Of a DNA stretch of 39,819 nt, positions 16,065 through 25,429 are shown in pieces. The notes under the pieces are model-generated. The model made no database searches, was not told where the DNA came from, and saw only the letters and a program-made list of their open reading frames with translations. Location of the stretch: the NCBI GenBank assembly GCA_038062165.1, contig JBBTXQ010000027.1, positions 1-39,819 of the forward strand, written 5' to 3'. The stretch is from Patescibacteria group bacterium. GTDB taxonomy: Bacteria; Patescibacteriota; Minisyncoccia; Phycocordibacterales; DATDSR01. The stretch's first letter is position 1. Each line of letters begins with the position of its first letter. The position numbers and the translations under genes were made by a program.

Positions 16065-17531
16065 ATGAGTGAATATTTTCCAACAATAGGCCTGGAAATA
16101 CACGCGGAATTGAAGACGCGGACCAAGATGTTCTGTGATACCAAGAACGATCCTAACGAGACGAGGCCGAATGTGAATATTTGCCCCATTTGCACGGCCC
16201 AGCCCGGGACTCTGCCTGTTATCAATCGCGAGGCGGTGAAACACGTCTTGAAAGTGGGCGTGGCTTGTGGCAGTGAGCTCGCAGATTATTCCGAATTTGA
16301 TCGCAAGAATTATTTCTACCCTGACATTCCCAAAGGCTACCAAATCTCGCAATACAAGTATCCGTTAGTTAGTGGCGGAAGTTTAAATGAAGTGGCGCTT
16401 ACGCGTATACACTTAGAAGAAGATACAGCTAGCTCGCAACACTTCGATGATTATTCACTTGTCGACTTCAACCGCGCAGGCGTACCCTTAATGGAGCTAG
16501 TCACAGAACCCGTGATGCACGATGCTGTCACGGCCGGGCATTTTGCTCGTGAGTTGCAGCTACTTTTACGCTATTTGGGCGCGAGTGAGGCCAACATGGA
16601 AAAGGGCCAGATGCGCTTAGAGGCAAATGTGAGTGTGATGAAGCTGGGCCTAAACCAATCCTCCGGATTGGTCGGCCGAACTCCGCAGGGCGGAGTTTTA
16701 GGCACGAAAGTAGAAGTGAAGAATATTAACTCTTTTAGGGCACTCGAAAAAGCAATTGAGTATGAGATTAAGCGACAGAGTGAAGAACTGGAAAGTGGGG
16801 GAGTGATCGTGCAAGAGACGCGCGGTTGGGATGACGTTAAAAATAAAACTTTCTCACAAAGAAAGAAAGAATCAAGTCATGATTATAGATATTTCCCCGA
16901 ACCTGATCTACCCAAGCTTAAGTTGTCAGAAGTAGAAGAGTTCAGTGTAGAAAACTTATACAAGACCTTACCAGAATTACCTTCGCAGAAGCGCGAGCGT
17001 TACCAGAGAGATTATGGCATTAAGTTAGAAGACATAGAGAGTTATGTCACTAATCTAGATCTTGCTAATTTCTTCGAAAGTGTTGCGGAAATTTTGAAAG
17101 ACAAAGATAAGGTAAAGCTTGCAAGTAATTACATCACAAGTGATCTAGTTGGTCACTTAGTCGCCTTGCCGCTAAGTGAGAATGAAGAGTACAAACTGCC
17201 GAGTCATGAGCATTTTGCAAAGCTAATAGAGATGATTGCTCGGGGTGACTTATCTAGTAGGGGAGGCAAGGATGTGCTGGCGATCATGCACAAAGAGGGC
17301 GGTGATCCAGAGGTGATCGCAAAGGATAAGGGACTGATTCAGAAACATGACGAGGGTGAGCTCACTAAGATAGTTGATAAAGTGATAAATGAGAATGATA
17401 AAGTTTGGCAAGATTTCAAATCCGGCAAAGAAGCCAGCCTGCAATTCCTAATTGGCCAAGGCATGAAGCTCTCAAAAGGAAGCGCAAACCCTAATTTGTT
17501 GAAAAAAATACTACTTGACAAGCTAGTCTAA
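16065..17531 (+). CDS. gatB: Asp-tRNA(Asn)/Glu-tRNA(Gln) amidotransferase subunit B
   Basis: IGLEIHAEL, FDRKNYFYPDIPKGYQISQ, RIHLEED, DFNRAGVPLMELVTEP, EVKNINSF and DYRYFPEPDLP. Confidence 0.99.
   Translation: MSEYFPTIGLEIHAELKTRTKMFCDTKNDPNETRPNVNICPICTAQPGTLPVINREAVKHVLKVGVACGSELADYSEFDRKNYFYPDIPKGYQISQYKYPLVSGGSLNEVALTRIHLEEDTASSQHFDDYSLVDFNRAGVPLMELVTEPVMHDAVTAGHFARELQLLLRYLGASEANMEKGQMRLEANVSVMKLGLNQSSGLVGRTPQGGVLGTKVEVKNINSFRALEKAIEYEIKRQSEELESGGVIVQETRGWDDVKNKTFSQRKKESSHDYRYFPEPDLPKLKLSEVEEFSVENLYKTLPELPSQKRERYQRDYGIKLEDIESYVTNLDLANFFESVAEILKDKDKVKLASNYITSDLVGHLVALPLSENEEYKLPSHEHFAKLIEMIARGDLSSRGGKDVLAIMHKEGGDPEVIAKDKGLIQKHDEGELTKIVDKVINENDKVWQDFKSGKEASLQFLIGQGMKLSKGSANPNLLKKILLDKLV
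16648..16703. repeat. In-frame branched double-hairpin insertion in gatB
   Basis: ACCAATCC-TCC-GGATTGGT and AACTCCGC-AGG-GCGGAGTT closed by GCCTAA/TTAGGC; encodes GLNQSSGLVGRTPQGGVLG. Confidence 0.85.
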
Positions 17532-17543
17532 AGGTGATATACT
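17515..17543 (+). promoter_or_regulatory. Near-consensus sigma70 promoter overlapping the gatB 3' end
   Basis: TTGACA, 17-nt spacer, TG-a-TATACT. Confidence 0.75.
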
Positions 17544-17643
17544 CCGTAACGGTTTCAGGTCAATTAATTTTTCCGAATTTCTTGTCTGATTTGTTTGCCG
17601 CCAGGCCCGGCTAAGGCCACGTTCTAGCCCAGGAGGGCGCCCC

Positions 17644-18795
17644 ATGACCCACTTCAACTCGCTCGCCAACAAGCTTGCCACCGTCGCTCCCGTGCTCCAC
17701 CTCGTGCCCCAGCCCGGACAGGATCTCACCTACGAGGTTCGCCGGTCGGGCTACCGCGAGCACAATATCGCGGACGGCTCCGGGGCTCGCAGGATCGTCT
17801 CGAGCCTCTTCCTCGACCAGAACGTACGGCCCGAGGTCAAGGCCCGGGCCATCGAGCTCTTCGAGACCTCCACGCTCGAGGTGTGCGTTCTGTCGATCGT
17901 GTCGAGCGATGGCAACGTCACGCATCGTGTGCGTGCCAACGGCGCGATCTGGATCGGATTCCTGGCCGTCGGCTTGCGCAAGGCCGAGGCCAAGGCCCGC
18001 AAGATCTGGCTCGAGGGAGACCAGAACAGCTTCAAGTGGCTCTCGACCTCGGGTCGCATCGAGTACCTACCGCAGTGGTATCTCACGGGCGTCGAAGTGC
18101 GCGCTGGGAGTAGCAACGACAAGCAGAGCATTCTCACGCACGTCGAGATCCTGGCCGCGCTTCGACGCTCGGTCGAGGTCTTCGTCCCCAAAGGGGCGAG
18201 CGCCTCGGCAATGATTCCGGACCCGTCGGTCAAGGCGGAATCGGAGAGCACTGCCGACACGGGCATCGTTGCCGAAATCCTGGCAGTCCCCACCGTGATC
18301 GAGACGGGCGAGGAGCTCGAGATGCGCTTCGCCTGGCGCGAGACCAAGAAGGTCGACCCCGCGACGGGCGAGATCAAAACGAGGCGCTACATGCAGGCCT
18401 CGCGCATCGACAACATGCACGGCGTGGTGGTCTACCAGGTCCAGGAGGAGGACAGTCCCTTCCCGGGCTCGGGCGAGACCTGGCAGTTCACGGTTGGACC
18501 GGTCCAGTATTACCGTCCGGCCAAGGGGAAGAAGGTTGGCCTGACCACTTACAGGGCCGATCTCATCCGAATCGTGCCGTACGTTCCGAAGGGCAAGACG
18601 GCCGAGGACTTCGATCCGAACTCGCACGAGATGCTCGTTGGTCTGCCCGGCGGCAATGGCGACGGTCAGCCCAGCAAGGGCAGACTGCCGCGCGAACTGC
18701 GCCGGGCCGCCGCGGAGACCCGCAAGCACGCCCCCAAGCCGCCCAAGTCCGACAAGAAGGACAAGGGCGGCAAGAACAAGGGCAAGAAGAAGTAG
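17644..18795 (+). CDS. GC-rich orphan protein with Lys-rich C-terminal tail
   Basis: 383 aa; AGGAGG at 17631; third codon positions mostly G/C in this frame; no family recognised. Confidence 0.75.
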   Translation: MTHFNSLANKLATVAPVLHLVPQPGQDLTYEVRRSGYREHNIADGSGARRIVSSLFLDQNVRPEVKARAIELFETSTLEVCVLSIVSSDGNVTHRVRANGAIWIGFLAVGLRKAEAKARKIWLEGDQNSFKWLSTSGRIEYLPQWYLTGVEVRAGSSNDKQSILTHVEILAALRRSVEVFVPKGASASAMIPDPSVKAESESTADTGIVAEILAVPTVIETGEELEMRFAWRETKKVDPATGEIKTRRYMQASRIDNMHGVVVYQVQEEDSPFPGSGETWQFTVGPVQYYRPAKGKKVGLTTYRADLIRIVPYVPKGKTAEDFDPNSHEMLVGLPGGNGDGQPSKGRLPRELRRAAAETRKHAPKPPKSDKKDKGGKNKGKKK

Positions 18796-18799
18796 CAAT

Positions 18800-18855
18800 A
18801 AAAGCCGGTGTCTCAATCCCCCAATCTTTACATGGGGGTGCGAGGCACCGGTTTT
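18800..18855. terminator. Long hairpin after the GC-rich orphan
   Basis: AAAAGCCGGTGTCTC...GAGGCACCGGTTTT with inner CCCCCA/TGGGGG. Confidence 0.65.
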
Positions 18856-18875
18856 CTCTATGCTATAATTTCTGC

Positions 18876-19877
18876 ATGAAGAAACTTAAAGTAGCTATTA
18901 ATGGATTCGGACGGATTGGACGGGCTTTTTATAAATTATCTTTTGGACGGGAGGATATGGAGGTTGTGGCGGTCAATGATCTTGGTGACTTCAAAAACTT
19001 GCAGTACTTGCTCAAGTTCGATAGTGCATACGGCATCTGGGCCAAAGATAAATTAGAACAGGTTAAGTTTATTCAGGAAAAAGAACTAGTTAAACTTCCT
19101 TGGCGCGAATATGAAGTAGATGTAGTAATTGAATCAACAGGATTTTATACAAAGTACAAAGATGCCAAGGGTCACTTAGACGCCGGAGCTCGGCGCGTTG
19201 TGATCACTGCGCCTGCACATGGCGAGCACGATCATGGCGAACATGCCATGGGTGCGACGGTGCTTATGGGGATTAATGAGAACAAACTCGAAACTTGCCA
19301 AATTAGTTCTAACGCATCTTGCACAACTAATGCCAGTTCGCCGGTGATCCAAGTTATTCACGAAGCACTGGGCATTGAAAAGGCAATCTTAAGTACCACT
19401 CATGCGTACACTGCATCGCAGAGAATAGTTGATAGCCCGAATGCGAAAGATTTCAGAGAGGGCCGTGCGGCGGCGGTGAATATTATTCCATCAAGTACTG
19501 GTGCCGCCATTGCTGTTACGAAAGCGATTCCGGATTTGGAAAATAAGTTTGATGGCATTGCAATGCGCGTGCCTGTTGTTACCGGCTCGATTGCCGACAT
19601 CACAATGTTAACCAAAAAGAACACTAGCAAAGAAGAAATAAATCAAATTTTGCGTGATGCGGCAAAAACAGATAGATGGCGGGATATCTTGGAAGTTTGT
19701 GACGAGCCTATCGTCTCAAGTGACGTGCGCGGTTCGGCTCACCCGGCGATTGTAGATAGTGAGATGACGCGAGTGGTAGATGGCAACTTGGTGAAAGTGC
19801 TCTCATGGTATGACAACGAAATGGGATACACGAACACATTAATTGCCCATGTGCGTAAAATCGGGCAATTAATGTGA
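18876..19877 (+). CDS. gap: Type I glyceraldehyde-3-phosphate dehydrogenase
   Basis: INGFGRIGR, SNASCTTN, NIIPSSTGAA, RVPV..GS and SWYDNEMGY. Confidence 0.98.
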   Translation: MKKLKVAINGFGRIGRAFYKLSFGREDMEVVAVNDLGDFKNLQYLLKFDSAYGIWAKDKLEQVKFIQEKELVKLPWREYEVDVVIESTGFYTKYKDAKGHLDAGARRVVITAPAHGEHDHGEHAMGATVLMGINENKLETCQISSNASCTTNASSPVIQVIHEALGIEKAILSTTHAYTASQRIVDSPNAKDFREGRAAAVNIIPSSTGAAIAVTKAIPDLENKFDGIAMRVPVVTGSIADITMLTKKNTSKEEINQILRDAAKTDRWRDILEVCDEPIVSSDVRGSAHPAIVDSEMTRVVDGNLVKVLSWYDNEMGYTNTLIAHVRKIGQLM

Positions 19878-19913
19878 AGTACCAAACATAACAAATCGAC
19901 AAACATTTCAAAC

Positions 19914-20354
19914 ATGAAAATCATAATTGGGGCAGATCATGCGGGGTACGGGATGAAAGAGGCTCTCAAACAAGGGCTTACTCTAGCGGGGCATGACGTT
20001 AAAGACGTAGGCGCTTATGCATATGATGAGACTGACGATTATCCTGATTTCGTGAAGTCTCTAGTCGAGAAGGTGCTAGCCAATCCCGATTCGCAGGCAG
20101 TATTCTGCTCGGGTTCCGGTCAAGCTGAAGCAATGTGCGCTAATCGTTATAAGAGCATTAGGGCCGCTGTGTATTATCATCACGATCTTGAAATTGCGCG
20201 ATTATCGCGCGAACACAACAACGCAAATGTGCTGAGTATAGGCGCAAGATTCGTGAGTGCAGAAGAAGCCAAAGAGGCGATTGAATTTTGGCTCACAATA
20301 CCGTTTGATCCCCAGTCCCGCCATGCCAGAAGACTAGCTAAAATTGACCAATGA
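19914..20354 (+). CDS. rpiB: Ribose-5-phosphate isomerase B (RpiB/LacA/LacB family)
   Basis: GADHAG, DDYPD, SREHNNANVL and RHARRL. Confidence 0.95.
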   Translation: MKIIIGADHAGYGMKEALKQGLTLAGHDVKDVGAYAYDETDDYPDFVKSLVEKVLANPDSQAVFCSGSGQAEAMCANRYKSIRAAVYYHHDLEIARLSREHNNANVLSIGARFVSAEEAKEAIEFWLTIPFDPQSRHARRLAKIDQ

Positions 20355-21046
20355 TTATTGTTCCATCAATTGTAGCCAAGGACGAACTCGATCTTGAGTA
20401 CAAACTCAAACAACTTAGCGGTCGGGCCAATCACCGCTCCGAGCGGGACCCCGCCAACGGCGGTGGGTGGGTGCACATAGATGTTGTAGATGGCGAATTT
20501 GCGACCCCGGCTTCGTGGCCTTATACAGAAGATGATCATGAGGAGGCTATTCGGAGTTTAGCCGGACTACAAACAGAGTTAAACTTGGGCATACACTTAA
20601 TGGTCAAGGATCCGCAAGAATATCTTGATCAGTGGATAGACACGCCCGTTAAGAGGATATTGGTCCAGTACGAGTCTCCAGAGCACTTGCAAAACGCGCT
20701 GGCGGTGCTAGATATGAGTAAAATAGAGTCGGGCATTGTGCTCGCCCTTGATACACCCATAGAAGTGATAGCTGAATTGCCGGAAAAAATAAAGTTTGTG
20801 CAACTAATGAGCATAAACAAAATTGGCCATTACGGCGAAACATTCCAGGAAGAAATTTTCAAGAAAATCAAAGAAGTCAAAAGTTTAAACAAAAATATAA
20901 TAGTCTCTGTTGACGGTGGCATCAAAGAAGAGCACTTGAAAGACTTAAAAAAAGCCGGAGCCGACCAAGTAGTCATGGGCAGTGCAATATTTGAGGCTAC
21001 TGATCCCGCCGCCGAACTCTCCCGGCTTCAAAACCTAATAACCTAA
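20351..21046 (+). CDS. rpe: Ribulose-phosphate 3-epimerase
   Basis: PSI, HIDVVDG.F, HLMV..P, SVDGGI and GAD.VV.GSAIF. Confidence 0.93.
   Translation: MIIVPSIVAKDELDLEYKLKQLSGRANHRSERDPANGGGWVHIDVVDGEFATPASWPYTEDDHEEAIRSLAGLQTELNLGIHLMVKDPQEYLDQWIDTPVKRILVQYESPEHLQNALAVLDMSKIESGIVLALDTPIEVIAELPEKIKFVQLMSINKIGHYGETFQEEIFKKIKEVKSLNKNIIVSVDGGIKEEHLKDLKKAGADQVVMGSAIFEATDPAAELSRLQNLIT
20432..20466. repeat. In-frame double hairpin in rpe
   Basis: CCGCTC-C-GAGCGG (20434-20446) and CCGCC-AAC-GGCGG (20451-20463); encodes HRSERDPANGG just before WVHIDVVDG. Confidence 0.7.
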
Positions 21047-21051
21047 AATTC

Positions 21052-21942
21052 GTGGCATATCTTGAGGACAAGAAGATAAGTTTTCTCGAGGAAGCGGCGC
21101 GCAAAATCCGTATTTCAATAATAGAATCACTGATTGCGGCGGGTTCTGGGCACACGGCTGGACCACTTGGCATGGCTGACATTTTCACTACTTTATTTTT
21201 CCACTCACTCAAACATGATGCTAAACGGCCGGATTGGAATGAGCGGGATTTGCTCGTTCTATCGAATGGTCACATCTGCCCAGTTTATTACGCCACGCTT
21301 GCGCATGCTGGCTACTTCCCAGTTGAAGAGTTGAAGACTTTGCGCAAATTTGGCTCGCGCTTGCAGGGTCACCCGCACAGAGATTTCTTGCCAATTTTGG
21401 AAACATCAAGCGGGCCGCTTGGGGCTGGGCTATCGCAGGCCGTGGGCATGGCTCTTGCTTTGCGCATCAACGCAGGTGACGAGAGCGCGCCCGGATTTGA
21501 TTCGCATAGATATGTGTACTGCCTTATGAGTGATGGTGAACTTGACGAGGGTAATAGTTGGGAGGGGGCGATGCTTGCGGGCAAAGAGAAGTTGCACAAC
21601 CTCATAGCCATCATTGATCGCAACAATATTCAGATAGATGGCTACACAGAGAACATAATGCCTCTGGAAAATCTGCGCGACAAATGGGAAGCCTGGAATT
21701 GGCACGTGCAAGAGATCGACGGCCACAATTTCTATGACATCAACATGGCAATTGAAAGAGCCAAGGCTGTGTTTGAAAAACCTAGTGTGATCATAGCCCG
21801 CACGATACCAGGCAAGGGCGTGCACGAGATCGAAAAGAATTATAAATATCACGGCTACCCAGTGGGTGGCAAGGAGGAAGCAGAAGGGTTTTTGAAAGAA
21901 TTGCGTACGCTGGGAGGCAAGATTAAGAGCGAACATGAATAA
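21052..21942 (+). CDS. Transketolase, N-terminal (ThDP-binding) subunit
   Basis: SGH, LSNGH, LQGHP, SGPLGAG, SDGELDEG..WE and IDRNNIQIDG; GTG start. Confidence 0.95.
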   Translation: MAYLEDKKISFLEEAARKIRISIIESLIAAGSGHTAGPLGMADIFTTLFFHSLKHDAKRPDWNERDLLVLSNGHICPVYYATLAHAGYFPVEELKTLRKFGSRLQGHPHRDFLPILETSSGPLGAGLSQAVGMALALRINAGDESAPGFDSHRYVYCLMSDGELDEGNSWEGAMLAGKEKLHNLIAIIDRNNIQIDGYTENIMPLENLRDKWEAWNWHVQEIDGHNFYDINMAIERAKAVFEKPSVIIARTIPGKGVHEIEKNYKYHGYPVGGKEEAEGFLKELRTLGGKIKSEHE

Positions 21943-22690
21943 CGCTTATAAAATTCTCGTAATCCTGGTTGTCCTCGGTCTAATCGCGGTTGGAGCATTT
22001 GTGCTCACTTGGCCGAAGATTGAAGTTCCCAATGATATTGCTAATGATACTCCAAGGGATGTACCCACATCAGAAAAATCAAACGAGCCGCCACCCCCAA
22101 TAGACATGTCTGAATGGAAAACGTACAAACATGCTCAAGTAGGTTTTCAATTTCAATATCCAGCCGAATACTTATTAATGACCAGTACCGCAGATGATCC
22201 GGATAATCCCGGCACGTATCATTTTAGTCGCAAGGATCCGGTGGCCGATTCACTGAACGAGGACGTCTATGCTCGTATAACAGAGGAACATAATGATATT
22301 TTCTATTACCCAGACACCATCTCGGTGGATACTCTAAATGTATATTCACTTCCAGCAGATAAAAAAGACCATTATTTAGAGGAGTGGAAGAATATTAGTG
22401 ACGGGAATGCTTATCCAATTGGTGAATCATCATACGAAAAGTTTCACTCAGCTGTACTTGACTCTAAAATTGTTGATGTGGCTGGCCTCAAGGGACAGAG
22501 GTTGCTACTTGAAGAGACTGAAGATGGCAGAGAAGATAAGTCATATGTAATAACTTTTACTTTCTACACACCAAAGGGGGACTATGTATATTTCGCTATA
22601 ATTCTAGATAAAGCGACAAATAGAGAGGAAGCTTTGAATGATCCCCGCAATAAGATTTTTGACGATATTATAGTAACTTTTCGAGCATAA
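21935..22690 (+). CDS. Membrane-anchored extracytoplasmic hypothetical protein
   Basis: N-terminal TM helix, Pro-rich linker, WKTY....GFQFQYP motif and FDDIIVTFR end (PsbP-like pattern). Confidence 0.7.
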   Translation: MNNAYKILVILVVLGLIAVGAFVLTWPKIEVPNDIANDTPRDVPTSEKSNEPPPPIDMSEWKTYKHAQVGFQFQYPAEYLLMTSTADDPDNPGTYHFSRKDPVADSLNEDVYARITEEHNDIFYYPDTISVDTLNVYSLPADKKDHYLEEWKNISDGNAYPIGESSYEKFHSAVLDSKIVDVAGLKGQRLLLEETEDGREDKSYVITFTFYTPKGDYVYFAIILDKATNREEALNDPRNKIFDDIIVTFRA

Positions 22691-22819
22691 TTAGTAACAT
22701 GGGTGTGATTAAAACATGTTCCCCACCTCTTGCGAGATGGGGTCGTGGGTAAATCCCAAAAGTGATTTTAGTATATACTTGTAGACGTAAGCCTGTCAAG
22801 TAAATTCCAATAATTAATA

Positions 22820-23026
22820 ATGGCAGAGAAACCAAAAGGCAAAGATAAACCTAAAGCCCCATCGCCAGGAGATTCGTTCTGGACAGTGATGATTGTGCTC
22901 GTACTTATTGGTCTATCACTGAATAGGACCGAGTGGGGCAAGAAATTATTAGGCACAGCTACATCGACTCCAGAGTATTCTTTAAGCACGCCATCTGATA
23001 AACCCACAATAATAATCGGCAAATAA
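22820..23026 (+). CDS. Small single-pass membrane protein
   Basis: Basic N-terminus followed by FWTVMIVLVLIGLSL; co-oriented within the operon. Confidence 0.55.
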   Translation: MAEKPKGKDKPKAPSPGDSFWTVMIVLVLIGLSLNRTEWGKKLLGTATSTPEYSLSTPSDKPTIIIGK

Positions 23027-23036
23027 ACTAGATTAA

Positions 23037-24029
23037 ATGATTAATCAAGCACAAAAACTGAATCCCAAAATATTTGAGCGGGATTGCGAGCAGGAGCCTA
23101 TTCGCAAGGGTTTTGGCTTGGGATTGCTTGAGGCAGGAGAAAAAAATGAGAATGTGGTTGGTTTGTGCGCGGATCTGACTGAATCGACGCAAATGCACTT
23201 ATTTGCCAATAAATTTCCCAAAAGATTTATCGAAATTGGTGTGGCCGAGCAGAATTTGGTGACGGTTGCGAGTGGCTTAGCTCACATGGGCAAGATTCCT
23301 TTTGTTTCGAGTTACGCCATGTTTAGTCCCGGGAGGAATTGGGAGCAAATCAGGACAACTATTACATATAATAATGTGCCTGTGAAAATAGTGGGCTCGC
23401 ATGCGGGAGTATCTGTGGGCCCGGACGGCGGCACGCATCAGGCGATCGAAGACATTGCCCTTATGCGCGTCTTGCCGCGCATGGTGGTAGTGGCGCCCTG
23501 CGACGCAATCGAAGCGCGCAAAGCCACGCTCGCACTTGCCACTAACAACCAGCCCAGCTACTTACGCCTAGCCCGAGAGAAAACGCCAGTCATTACCACA
23601 AGTGATTCGCCATTTGAAATAGGCAAAGCTAATTTGTTGTGGGAGAAAGAGAAACCCGAGGTGGCCATCATCGCCTGTGGTTCGCTGGTCCATAATGCGC
23701 TCTTAGCCGCTAGTGAATTATGGCACCAAGGCACGAGCGTACTTGTGCTCAACATGCACACAATCAAGCCTATGGACGAGAGGGCCCTAATTGAGGTAGC
23801 GAGGCCCGCCAGGGCGATTGTAACTGTTGAAGAGCATCAGATGGCTGGAGGCATGGGTTCTGCCGTGGCCGAAGTCTTGGCGCGCAATTATCCCGTGCCC
23901 GTTGAATTCGTAGGTATTAATGATGAATACGGTCAAAGTGGCGAACCGGACGAGCTTATCAAGCATTTCGGCCTTGATGCGAAAGGCATTATGGAAAAGG
24001 TGCGTAAAGTAATAAGGAGAAAAAATTAA
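23037..24029 (+). CDS. Transketolase, C-terminal subunit
   Basis: ADLTES, GVAEQN, GPDGGTHQ, YLRLAR, IKPMD and TVEEH...GGMGS. Confidence 0.95.
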   Translation: MINQAQKLNPKIFERDCEQEPIRKGFGLGLLEAGEKNENVVGLCADLTESTQMHLFANKFPKRFIEIGVAEQNLVTVASGLAHMGKIPFVSSYAMFSPGRNWEQIRTTITYNNVPVKIVGSHAGVSVGPDGGTHQAIEDIALMRVLPRMVVVAPCDAIEARKATLALATNNQPSYLRLAREKTPVITTSDSPFEIGKANLLWEKEKPEVAIIACGSLVHNALLAASELWHQGTSVLVLNMHTIKPMDERALIEVARPARAIVTVEEHQMAGGMGSAVAEVLARNYPVPVEFVGINDEYGQSGEPDELIKHFGLDAKGIMEKVRKVIRRKN

Positions 24030-24084
24030 AATACAGCAGAAGTAATGTTGATTTCATTAAAATAGCGGTCGCTATCATAAGGAA

Positions 24085-24627
24085 ATGAGAAAAAATAAGA
24101 CATCTGAAATGGTAATGGACATTTTGGCCAGAGTAAAGAGAGCTCAAGGAGTTGTCGTCGAGGAATTGTTGGAGATACTATTCCCTCGAGGAGCAAACGG
24201 AACTCCATTGAATATGTTTCGCCTGAAGAGTACTCTGACCAAGGCCATCGAGGATGGTTACATAGAGTTAAAAGAATCTGTACGGGGCAAGAAGTTCCTT
24301 TCGATAACAGAAAGAGGCAGAGAACGTCTCTCGTGGTACAAGCTACAAGACTATAAGGTTGTGAAGCCGCGTCACTGGGATGGTAAATGGAGATTGTACA
24401 TATTTGATATTAAGGAGAACAGAAGGAGTTCTCGAGAATATCTTCGCAAATGCTTGAGACGTATCGGGTTCGTCAGATTACAGGACAGCGTCTGGGTCTA
24501 TCCTTATGACTGTCCGGAACTAATGTTACTTATAAAAACAGGAATGGGAATAGGCAAGGATGCCTTGTATCTGGTGGTTGAGAGTATAGAGAACGACCGC
24601 TGGCTTAGACGAGAGTTTGGATTATGA
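24085..24627 (+). CDS. PaaX-like protein (winged helix plus Cas2-like ferredoxin-fold domain)
   Basis: ITERG, WDGKWRLYIFDI.E and GFVRLQDSVWVYPYDC. Confidence 0.85.
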   Translation: MRKNKTSEMVMDILARVKRAQGVVVEELLEILFPRGANGTPLNMFRLKSTLTKAIEDGYIELKESVRGKKFLSITERGRERLSWYKLQDYKVVKPRHWDGKWRLYIFDIKENRRSSREYLRKCLRRIGFVRLQDSVWVYPYDCPELMLLIKTGMGIGKDALYLVVESIENDRWLRREFGL

Positions 24628-24662
24628 TTTCCGTAAAGTAGCTATCGCGATCTTGCGGAAAT
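24627..24662. repeat. Imperfect inverted repeat at the PaaX-like gene 3' end
   Basis: ATTTCCGTAAAG...CTTGCGGAAAT; one arm recurs at 24708-24718. Confidence 0.55.
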
Positions 24663-24734
24663 TGAAGGTGGGGATAACTTTTTGTTTATCGTGCTGAGGC
24701 GGGCTACAATTTCCGTAATTAACTCACAAATATC

Positions 24735-25388
24735 ATGAACAAAAAATTATTATTCGTGGGAGTTTTGTTGTCTGCCATCGTAACAGGAACAGCTTTTGCT
24801 AATCCACCAATTATCACAGTAGACGAAATTCCGGACATGGAGTTCGCCACTTTCCCTCAAGCCTACACTGTGACCGGCTTCGTCACGCACGATAGCGCCA
24901 CTGGTCCTGGCACCAAGAATGTTTGTCGTCTCACCTTTTTTGAAGTGATCGTGGGTAATGGTACTGCTACTACTACACTACTTAGTCTCACGGGGACGAC
25001 TACTATCTCAACTTATTTCGGATGGCTACCTGATTGCTTCGAGACAGATACTTGGAGCGCCGATTGGTCTATTCTCGCCCCAGGTATTTACACGGTAGTG
25101 GTCACGGCCAAGCATATGGGCGCGAGTGATACTGACGATGAAGTAACATTAATCACTGAGACCCCAGTTGTGATCGCACTATGTCCAGCCGCGCCATCTT
25201 ACGCCGCCCACTACTTGCAAGAATTAGGGGTGAAATCCGGTAGCAAACTCTACAAGAATGTAGTCTCTCTAGTGGCTAAGCACATGGGGCCTACCACAGA
25301 CTTCGACGGCATAGCGGCTTGCGATGAGATCCCCTACGAGGTTGCAGTTCGCGCTTTCGTGGATGCCAATAGGACAATCGCCAAGTAA
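24735..25388 (+). CDS. Secreted hypothetical protein
   Basis: Signal peptide ending in AFA; Thr-rich, beta-rich body with four Cys. Confidence 0.7.
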   Translation: MNKKLLFVGVLLSAIVTGTAFANPPIITVDEIPDMEFATFPQAYTVTGFVTHDSATGPGTKNVCRLTFFEVIVGNGTATTTLLSLTGTTTISTYFGWLPDCFETDTWSADWSILAPGIYTVVVTAKHMGASDTDDEVTLITETPVVIALCPAAPSYAAHYLQELGVKSGSKLYKNVVSLVAKHMGPTTDFDGIAACDEIPYEVAVRAFVDANRTIAK

Positions 25389-25402
25389 CGCATATGGTGT
25401 GC

Positions 25403-25429
25403 GTTGCAGGAGGTTTAGCCTCCTGCAAC
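25403..25429. repeat. REP palindrome, RAYT2 type (dispersed copy)
   Basis: GTTGCAGGAGG-TTTAG-CCTCCTGCAAC; 19-bp core identical to 35911-35929. Confidence 0.9.

Noticed and set aside
17615-17625. GGCCACGTTCT shared with the hairpin at 5489
   Set aside because: An 11-nt match with no second arm; compatible with chance
17611-18868. Long overlapping and antisense ORFs (179, 208 and 249 aa)
   Set aside because: Expected shadows of a GC-rich gene; only the 17644 frame has a Shine-Dalgarno site, promoter and G/C third-position bias
24085-24627. True CRISPR Cas2
   Set aside because: Has an N-terminal winged-helix region and the PaaX-type WDGKW motif; no cas1 or array nearby
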